Assembly: GCA_031409275.1 (NCBI GenBank)
Contig: JANNXA010000012.1
Span: 1 to 64,000, forward strand
Length of the DNA stretch: 64,000 nucleotides
Reading direction: 5' to 3'
Source of the DNA: Planctomycetota bacterium
GTDB taxonomy: Bacteria; Planctomycetota; B15-G4; SIAN01
The position numbers and the translations under genes are program-made. The notes beneath the pieces are model-generated. The model did not search any database. It worked only from the letters and a program-made list of their open reading frames with translations, and was not told the DNA's origin. Numbering within the stretch: position 1 is the first letter of the stretch; each line of letters starts with the position of its first letter. Positions 56,569 through 64,000 of this stretch are shown here, piece by piece.

Positions 56569-58885
56569 GACGGAGGCCGCGTGTGAAGGCCATTCCGTAG
56601 CGCGCGCCGGAGTCGAGTTGCAGCACCTGAACGTGCTCGTTCAGGCCGATCAGCGTCGGATCATCCGGCACGTCGAAGTCGATCGCTTCGCCGCCCGCGC
56701 CGATCGGCAGCACCAGCTGCAGCAGGACTTCGGTGGCGAGCTCGCCGCCCCAGCTCGTCGACAGCGCCGCCCGCTCGGTCGACGCGATCAGCAGTCCGAA
56801 CGTCGCCACTCCCGACGAGTTGCCAAGCGACGCCGTGATGGTGGTCGCGAGCTGAGGCGTGCGGTCGAGCGTGAAGGCCGGGATCACATCGTTGGTTCCC
56901 GGGTAGCCGATGCCGTAGTTGGACCACTGCGCTCCGCGCTGGACCGAGACGGTGGCCAGGTTCGATTCGCTGCTGCCATCGGAGGCGGCGACCGAGAAGG
57001 CGTCGACGCCGGCGAAACCGGGATCGGGCAGGTAGGTGGCGAGCGTGCCGATGAGGGCGACGCGGCCGACGCGCGGCTGGCGGACGACGCGCCACGTCAG
57101 CGCATTGCCGTCGGCGTCGCTGCCGGTGAGCGTGACGCTGACTGGCTGGTCGACCGTCGCCGTGGCCTGGTCGTCGGCGTGCGGCGCGCGGTTGTTGTTC
57201 TTGTTGTTGTCGTCCGGCCCGCGGTGGCATTCAAAGCAACCCACGGTCTGGCCGCGGAAGAAGGTCCTGGTGCCGAACTTCGTCGTCAGCGTGCGATCGG
57301 CCTGGGCGCGCGACAGCACGGTGCCACGATCATTGCTGCCGTGGCAGACCTGGCACGCCGCGGTGCCGAGCGTCTCCGCCGCATCCGGGTGGTCATCGAC
57401 CCAGCTCTGGCCGATCGAGTGCATGCCGTGCGGGCCGCCTTCCCACGAGCTCACGTCGCTGCCGTGGCAGTTCGCGCACTCGGAGAGCGTGCCGGCGTGG
57501 CCCTGGAACGCGCTCGACAGCAGGTTGTCGTTGTCGTGCGCGCCGGGGTACTCGGCGTGCGTCGAGCCGTGGCACGCCTCGCACGCGAGTCCGCCGTGGC
57601 CGTAGGAGAAGCGATAGAGGTCGAAGCCGGCGGCCGGCACATCGGCGTTGGTCGCGAAGGTCGCATCGACCGGGGTGCGACGCGCGCCGTTGGTGTCGAA
57701 CGCGGAGTCGTAACGGATCTGGCCGTTGTTGTGGGTGGCGGTGCCGGTGTGGCAGTTCTGGCAGGAGGGCTGATCGAGCCAGCCGACGCGGCCGGTCGTG
57801 CCGACCGCGCTCATGCTGCCGTGGCAGCTCTGGCACTGCATCGCGAGCGAGCCATCGGCGGCGACCGCGGCGCCCATCGCTCCACGCAGGCAGCGCGTCT
57901 CGGAACCGGGATGGCAGCGGTAGCAGCTCGCGCGATTGGTGCTGGCGTCGAGCGGCAATCCGGTGACGGGGTCGGCGACCTGCGCGTGGCCGGTGTGGAG
58001 CGCCTCGGTCAGCGACGTGAGGCCGCTCTGGCCGGTGCCTGGCAACGCGTTCGAGGCGTGGCATGCCGCGCAGAGGATCGGGCTCTTCAACCGCTTGGCC
58101 TGGTCATAGAGGCCGGCGGCCGAGTAGCCCGCGCTCTGCAGCGCGGCGGCGTAGGCCGGGTCCCCGAGCTGGCGCTCGTCGTGGAGTCGCAGGATGTTCA
58201 GACGGTAGTCACGCTCGGCGTTGCGCTCGAAGCTCCAGCCGACGGAAGGCTTCGCTGCGTCGGCGCTGCCGGAGCCGTGGCAGAGCCGGCAGTCCATCTC
58301 GTCGGAGACCGGGATCACCGGTGTCGCCGATGCGAGCGGCAGGTTCGCCGCATCGCGGGCCACGACTTCGAGGAGCGGATAGGGGCGCGAGTGGCCGCTG
58401 TCGTCGTAAGGGGCGACCGGGATGCCATCGGCGGTGAAGAGCGCGTGCGCCGCATCGAAGGTCAACGACTGCGGCGTATTCGCAGAGCCCGGCATGTTGT
58501 GGCCTGCGAGCCCCTGGTCGGGCAGCAGATTGGCACCGAACAGTGCCTTCGCGTACTTCCAGAAGTTGGTCTTGCCGGCGGAACTCTGGTTGATCGAGCC
58601 GCTCGGATCGGCGACGCCGGCGTAGGTGAGGGTGCGGCCGTTCAACGTCGTCACGAGGTGGCCGTTGGCGTCGATCAGCTGCGCGCGCAGGTCGTTGAAG
58701 GGAGGCAGGATCGAGAAGACGCTGTAGTCGGAGTCCATGCAGTGCATGCCGAGATCGTTCCAGCCGATCACGATGTGGTGGCCGGATCCGCTTCCCGGGT
58801 CATTGCCGTCGCCGGGAATGGCGAGCGCGCTGCAGGTGCCGAGCGCGATGAGGCTGAACGAGCGCGCGATGGAGAGACGCTGCAT
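56552..58885 (-). CDS. Secreted nonaheme cytochrome c with Ig-like domain and conserved C-terminal domain
   Basis: SD GGAG; signal peptide; WNDLGMHC N-domain; nine CxxCH motifs; NRAP.ADD...DADG.ALT...G.DAF...ASDG (Ig/cadherin-like); C-terminal WSNYGIGYPGT...AFTRGLRLTFGE. Confidence 0.88.
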   Translation of the reverse strand: MQRLSIARSFSLIALGTCSALAIPGDGNDPGSGSGHHIVIGWNDLGMHCMDSDYSVFSILPPFNDLRAQLIDANGHLVTTLNGRTLTYAGVADPSGSINQSSAGKTNFWKYAKALFGANLLPDQGLAGHNMPGSANTPQSLTFDAAHALFTADGIPVAPYDDSGHSRPYPLLEVVARDAANLPLASATPVIPVSDEMDCRLCHGSGSADAAKPSVGWSFERNAERDYRLNILRLHDERQLGDPAYAAALQSAGYSAAGLYDQAKRLKSPILCAACHASNALPGTGQSGLTSLTEALHTGHAQVADPVTGLPLDASTNRASCYRCHPGSETRCLRGAMGAAVAADGSLAMQCQSCHGSMSAVGTTGRVGWLDQPSCQNCHTGTATHNNGQIRYDSAFDTNGARRTPVDATFATNADVPAAGFDLYRFSYGHGGLACEACHGSTHAEYPGAHDNDNLLSSAFQGHAGTLSECANCHGSDVSSWEGGPHGMHSIGQSWVDDHPDAAETLGTAACQVCHGSNDRGTVLSRAQADRTLTTKFGTRTFFRGQTVGCFECHRGPDDNNKNNNRAPHADDQATATVDQPVSVTLTGSDADGNALTWRVVRQPRVGRVALIGTLATYLPDPGFAGVDAFSVAASDGSSESNLATVSVQRGAQWSNYGIGYPGTNDVIPAFTLDRTPQLATTITASLGNSSGVATFGLLIASTERAALSTSWGGELATEVLLQLVLPIGAGGEAIDFDVPDDPTLIGLNEHVQVLQLDSGARYGMAFTRGLRLTFGE

Positions 58886-58962
58886 GGCAACTACTCCGAG
58901 TGGGAAGGACGCGCCATCGGCAGGGCAGGTGGCCGGAGCGTGAGGAAGCAGCTGGAACGCGG

Positions 58963-58978
58963 TGCAATCCACGTTCCG
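58963..58978 (-). promoter_or_regulatory. Putative sigma-54 (-24/-12) promoter
   Basis: Minus strand CGGAACGTGGATTGCA = GG-N10-GC, about 80 nt upstream of the cytochrome ATG. Confidence 0.5.
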
Positions 58979-59189
58979 CGATGGTTGGAGCCGTGCGATC
59001 CTTCGCCGCCGCCCCGTTCCGCCGTCCGTGTTGCACGAATCTCAAGCAGCGCGTGCAGCAACTGCTGCGCAGTCGTTACCGCGCTGCGCAGCGTGGTGAG
59101 TCGCTCGACCTGCTAGAAACTCGCGCCGCCACCTCGAACCGCGACGTCATTCAGCGGCAATCGCGTGGGCACCGGGAGGATCGCCTGTC

Positions 59190-60720
59190 GATGGATGCGC
59201 GCGCGCTCGCCTACCGTGTGATTCTTGCACTGCTGTTACTGTGCGCCGCGCTCGCGGCCGCTTGCGTCGTGTTGTGGCAGCGCGCCGGATCCGAAGGGTT
59301 CGCCGCGATCGATGGCGCCCATGGGCGAGCGCTCGATGACCCCGAGGTGCGGCGTGCGGCGATCGCCGAACTCGTCGCGCGCGGCGGCGGCGGGTGGGAC
59401 ACCTTCGCCGATCCGGCGGTGGGGCGACTGCTGCAGCCGAACGCGCAAGGGAAGATCGCCGACATCGCGGTCGTCTCGAACAAGTACGGCCTGCGCGAGC
59501 GCGCCTACGCCCTGCCCAAGCCGGCGGGCACGAAGCGCGTCGTGCTGCTCGGCGACTCGTTCGTCTTCGGAGAAGGGGTGGCGGCGCAGGAGCGCCTCGG
59601 CGTCTTCCTCGAGCGTTTCCTGCTCGAGCGGTGGCCGGCGCCGCGCCCCGAGATCGAGTGCCTGCACGTCGGCCTCGACACGTGGAACACGCTGGCCGAG
59701 ACGACCTTCGTGCGCCGCCAACTCGCGCTGCTGCAGCCCGACGCGGTGGTGCAGGTGCTCGTCCGCAATGACCTCGAGGACAACGTCGCCGCCCGCGGCT
59801 TCGGCTCGATGGCGGACATCAACCCGCTCCATCCGGAACGTGGCGACGGCATCTTCCAGGTCCGCTTTCCACAGACCGCGTTCGACAAGCTGCAGCCCAA
59901 CTGGATCCAGCACGGGCTCGACTGGGAGAGCCGCACTCGCTTCGAAGCGGCCGGTGACGCCATCGTCGGACTCGCGCGCGCCGTCGAGCAGCAGGGCGGC
60001 CGCTACCTGCTCTTCTCGAACTACAGCGGCCTGCTGCCGACCGCGCGCTACTTCCTCGGCCGCCGATTGCGCGAAGAGCAGTTCTTCGAGCTGCCGACGT
60101 CGTTCACGCGCGACGATCGTTATCGCCTGAGCGCGGGCGATGCCCATTGGAACCGCGCGGGCCACGAACGGATCGCGCAGCTCCTCTATGCGCTGATCGT
60201 GCAGCGCAAGCTGCTGACGGGCGCGCCGCTGCCGGAGTGGCCGGAAGCGGCGGCGTTGGCGGAGGAGTACGGCAGCGAAGGACGCCGCGAGGGCGACGCC
60301 GAGTTCCGACCCAATCGGGTGCCAGGCAAGCGGCGCATCGATCCGATCGTCGACTTCCGCGACCTCGATCACGAGAGCGCCGCGCAGGTGCATGGCGGCG
60401 TCGTCGCCGGCGGCGAGGCGGGACCCTACGTCGCGCTGATCCTCGCGAGCAGCGGCAAGGCGCGGGTGGTTGCCCAAGGGGTCGGGTTGCAGCGGCCGGA
60501 GCTCGGTCCGCTTGAGGTGAGTTGCTTCGTCGAGGAAACTCGCGTCGGCGCAGTCACCATCGCTCCCGCGCAGCCTTGGCAGCTCTCCTTCGACGTCCCC
60601 AAGGAGACCGCCGCACGCCCCTTCGTGACGGTGCGCTTCGAAGCGCGCGACTGGGTCTACTCGGGTCCCGATCTGCGCCGGCACGCCTGCTTCGTGCTCC
60701 ATCGCGTCGCGCTCGAGTAG
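59190..60720 (+). CDS. Membrane-anchored SGNH/GDSL-fold protein (possible polysaccharide O-acyltransferase/esterase)
   Basis: GGAGG SD; N-terminal TM; SNKYGLR, LLGDSFVFG, ND, DAHWN..GH. Confidence 0.8.
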
Positions 60721-60754
60721 GGGGCGCGTTCGACTCGGGCGCGGCAGCGATTCG

Positions 60755-62065
60755 TCAGCCGCGCAGCAGCGCCTGCACCGGCACCCCTTCGGGGTCGATC
60801 AGCGTGATGGGGCGCGTGTCGGCGGGCGTGAAGGTCTGATCGCCGCGGATCGACAGGGTCCTGGCGATGGTGGCGAAGAGGTCGGCGACGCGCACCGGTT
60901 CGCCGTCGGTGTGTTCGCCGGTCGCGTCGGTGGTGCCGACGACGGTGCCGCCGCGAATGCCGCCGCCTGCGAACGCGACGCAGGAGTTGCTGGTCCAGTG
61001 GTCGCGGCCATCGGTCGCATTGATCTGCGGCGAACGGCCGAACTCGCCCATGCAGACCACCAGCGTGTCGTCGAGCAGACCGCGCTCGCGCAGGTCATCG
61101 ATCAGCTTCGAGAAGGCGGGATCGAGCTCGCCGCAGAGCGTCTTCGTCGTGTTGAAGTTGTCGTTGTGCGTATCCCAGCCGCGCAGCACGACCTCGACCG
61201 CGGCGACGCCGCGCTCGACCAGTCGGCGCGCCAGCAGGACGCCCTGCCCGAAGCGGCCGCGCCCGTAGCCGTCGCGCACCGCATCGCTCTCCTCGGCGAG
61301 GTCGAACGCGGTGACCAGTTCGGTGTCCATGAGCCGGCGCGCGCGGCGGCGTTGCGACTCGTTGGCGCGCGCGACGCCGGCGCCGCCCCGTTCCGCGAAG
61401 CCGGTTTCGAGGAGCGCGCGCAGCCCCTCGCGGCGATCGAGGCGGGCGGAGTCGACGTCGCGACGGTAGTTCAGGTTGTCGATCTTGCCGGTCGGGTTGC
61501 GGACGATGAACGGCGCGACCTCGACGCCGAGGTAGCCGCTGGTGCCGGGCAGTCCATCGATCTGCACGAACGGCGGCAGGGGGTGGTCGCCATCGCCGAG
61601 TTGATGGGCGACGATCGAGCCGAGCGTCGGGAAGTGGATGCTCGGGGTCGGCGTGTAGCCGAAGTGGAGCAGGTCGGTCGCGCGCGAGTGGCTGCCCTCG
61701 GTCGAGCGCAACGTGCGCAACACCGCGAGCTCGCCGGCGCGATCGCGCAACCGCGGCAGATGCTCGGAGAAGCTCCAATCGGGCCGGTCGGTCGGCAGCG
61801 CGCGGAACGGCCCGTTGGTGGGCGCGCCCGGCTTCGGATCGAAGGTGTCGATCTGGCTTGGCCCGCCGGCGAGCCACAGCAGGATCAGATGCTTCTTCGC
61901 CGGCTTGCCGCCGCCTTGCTGCGCGACCGCTTCGCGCACGACGAGGTCGACGAGCGATGGGGCGAGCAGCGCGGCGCCACCGACGCCGAGCAGGCGCGCG
62001 AGCCAGTCGCGCCGCGACATCGCAGCGGCGTGGACGGCGTCGGGATCGATGGGGCAGCAAGCCAT
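60755..62065 (-). CDS. DUF1501 domain protein, Tat-like signal
   Basis: SRRDWL; ILLWLAGGPSQIDTFDPKP; GWDTH; MGEFGRSP; GRDHW. Confidence 0.9.
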   Translation of the reverse strand: MACCPIDPDAVHAAAMSRRDWLARLLGVGGAALLAPSLVDLVVREAVAQQGGGKPAKKHLILLWLAGGPSQIDTFDPKPGAPTNGPFRALPTDRPDWSFSEHLPRLRDRAGELAVLRTLRSTEGSHSRATDLLHFGYTPTPSIHFPTLGSIVAHQLGDGDHPLPPFVQIDGLPGTSGYLGVEVAPFIVRNPTGKIDNLNYRRDVDSARLDRREGLRALLETGFAERGGAGVARANESQRRRARRLMDTELVTAFDLAEESDAVRDGYGRGRFGQGVLLARRLVERGVAAVEVVLRGWDTHNDNFNTTKTLCGELDPAFSKLIDDLRERGLLDDTLVVCMGEFGRSPQINATDGRDHWTSNSCVAFAGGGIRGGTVVGTTDATGEHTDGEPVRVADLFATIARTLSIRGDQTFTPADTRPITLIDPEGVPVQALLRG

Positions 62066-62073
62066 GGCGCGCC

Positions 62074-64000
62074 TCAACGGCGGGTGTGGAACTCGGTGGC
62101 GTTCAGCAGCGCCCAGAGCGCGTCTTCGAGCGCACGCGGGCGCGGGACGGACGGGTCGGAGAAGCTGGCCGCGAAGCGTTCGCGCTCGGCGTCGGTCGGC
62201 GGTCGCGACAGCGTGGCGAGGAAGAGCTGATCGAGCGCGCCGGCCGTCGGCGGACCCGGCTCGAACAACGACGCGAGCGCCGGCTGCCCGCGCAGCTCCG
62301 TCGTGCGCACCGTGCTGTCGCCATTCATCAGGTAGAGCGCCGCCGGGATCGACGGTTCGTACTGCGCCTTGCCGGTCGCGAGGTCGCCGCGGCACCACGC
62401 CTTCAGCGTGTCGACGCGGCTCTTGCGCTCGCGCTCCGCCGCGAAGGCCTCGAGGTCGGCATCGGCGAGCTCGACGTGGCCATCGGCGGACGTCGCGCGC
62501 ATCAGCGAGAAGAGCAGCTGCTCGGAACTGAACGCTCGCATCGGCTGCGCCGCGAACCAGCGCTCGGCGTGATTGCGCTGCGGTCCCTCCTCCGCGCTGG
62601 CCGAGCCGGCGGCGTAGGCACGGGTGCGCGCCATGGCGCCATAGAGGAGGCGCAGGTCGCTGCTGGCAGCGAAGGCCGCGCCGAGTTCGTCGAGCAGCTC
62701 CGGAAGGATCCGATCGGCGCCGACGCCGGTCAGATCGTCGATCGGCTCGATCAGGCCGTGACCCAGCAGTTCGGCGGCGACACGGTTGGCGATGGCGCGC
62801 CCGTGCCAGCGGTTGTCCGTGCGGTGGATCCAGGCGGCGAGCGCGGCGCGGCGCGTGGACTTCTCTTGGTCCTGCGCCGGCGTGCCGTCGAGGAAGCCCG
62901 CCTCGGTGAAGGCGGTGCGCCGATCGCGGTAGCGCTGGATGAGGTCGCGTGCCTCGACCGGAAGTCGCGCGAGCAGCGCGTCGAGGCGCGGTGCGTCGTT
63001 GCCGTAGTCGCGCAGCACGTCCTCGCGCTTGCGCGTTTTCTTGGCGACGGCGAGCAGTTCCTCCATCGCCGCGAGCTGGTCGGCGTTCGTCGTGGCGCGC
63101 GCCTGCATCGCACCGGCCATGCCGCCATCGGTGCCGAGCAGATCCTCCTCGAAGACGACGCTGTCCCCCTCGGCCTTCGGCGCCAGCCCGCTCGTCATGG
63201 CGCCGCGCATGCCGCCGCTGGGTCGACGCGCCTGCACGACGAGCTTGTTCAGCCGTTCCTGGAAGTCCCACTCGGGGCTGCGGTCGGCGATGCGGAACAG
63301 CGTCGTGTTCCCGGGTCCTGCCGTGTGGTCGGAGCGGACGTCGATGAAGAACGCGGCGAAGCGGTTGAACTCGACTTGCTTCCAGGCATCGAAGGGATGG
63401 TCATGGCATTGCGCGCATTGGATCTGCAGTCCAAGGAACGAGCGAGCCACGGCGCCGGCGAGCGTCTCGATCGAGTCCTGGTAGGTGAGGACGTAGGCGC
63501 TCGAGGTGGGGTAGCGCGTCCATTCGGCGCCGGCGACGACCCCGTCGACGATCGTCGAGAAGGGCGCGCCCGCCGCGAACTGCGCTTCGAGCCACGGCCG
63601 CAGCAGGACTTCCGTCCGCTGCCGTTCGCGCGGCGCGGTCGCGAAGAGGACGTTGCTCCAGAGGTACGAGAGGTGGCGAGCGAAGTCGGGGCTGGCGAGG
63701 AACGCGTCGATCGTGGCGTCGCGCTTGTCGGCGCGGGCGTCGGCGAGGAACGCCGTGACTTCGGCAGCGGTCGGGATGATCCCGCGCAGGTCGAGGCTCA
63801 AGCGGCGCAGCCACGTGGCGTCGTCGGCGAGCGCGGCCGGTTCGAGCCCTTCGGCGAGCCACGCCGCGGCCAGCGCGACGTCGATTCGATCCGCGAGCGT
63901 CCGCGCGGCCGTCCCGTCCACCTGCAGCGCGACGCGCGCGCTCGGGTTCGTCTGCGCCGCCGCCTGCACCGGTTCGAGCGGTCGCAGGAACGCCGCGGCG
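62074..64000 (-). CDS. DUF1549/DUF1553 protein (5' end outside window)
   Basis: WLRRLSLDLRG..P, FLGLQIQCAQCHDHPF, LFLATLSRPP, WALLNATEF. Confidence 0.88.
   Translation of the reverse strand, partial: AAAFLRPLEPVQAAAQTNPSARVALQVDGTAARTLADRIDVALAAAWLAEGLEPAALADDATWLRRLSLDLRGIIPTAAEVTAFLADARADKRDATIDAFLASPDFARHLSYLWSNVLFATAPRERQRTEVLLRPWLEAQFAAGAPFSTIVDGVVAGAEWTRYPTSSAYVLTYQDSIETLAGAVARSFLGLQIQCAQCHDHPFDAWKQVEFNRFAAFFIDVRSDHTAGPGNTTLFRIADRSPEWDFQERLNKLVVQARRPSGGMRGAMTSGLAPKAEGDSVVFEEDLLGTDGGMAGAMQARATTNADQLAAMEELLAVAKKTRKREDVLRDYGNDAPRLDALLARLPVEARDLIQRYRDRRTAFTEAGFLDGTPAQDQEKSTRRAALAAWIHRTDNRWHGRAIANRVAAELLGHGLIEPIDDLTGVGADRILPELLDELGAAFAASSDLRLLYGAMARTRAYAAGSASAEEGPQRNHAERWFAAQPMRAFSSEQLLFSLMRATSADGHVELADADLEAFAAERERKSRVDTLKAWCRGDLATGKAQYEPSIPAALYLMNGDSTVRTTELRGQPALASLFEPGPPTAGALDQLFLATLSRPPTDAERERFAASFSDPSVPRPRALEDALWALLNATEFHTRR

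Overview
A GC-rich bacterial window, most likely from a Planctomycetota genome (inferred from four DUF1549/DUF1553 + DUF1501 gene pairs and other PVC-type secreted proteins). The left 4.7 kb looks like a defence-island edge. It holds a decayed XRE-HTH antitoxin gene and a large HIT-PLD nuclease-SF2 helicase-S24 peptidase-DUF3427 gene (SauUSI-like type IV restriction architecture with extra domains) split by a G7 frameshift. The rest is mostly secreted or periplasmic proteins and metabolic genes. These include a CIA30-fasciclin/DoxX cluster behind a direct-repeat operator, pirin, a CocE hydrolase, and an SGNH + GT-C glycosyltransferase pair with a C11 tract right after the start codon. There are also a CoA-transferase, an arylsulfotransferase-DUF1080 fusion, a translationally coupled purK-purE-sbtA-sbtB operon, aroC, an aroA-aroK fusion and a nonaheme cytochrome c. 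Two unrelated secreted proteins share a homologous ~125-aa C-terminal domain, a candidate lineage-specific sorting signal. Three MITE-like elements of two families are present. I recognised no tRNA, rRNA or CRISPR array. All family assignments come from motif recognition by eye, not database searches.
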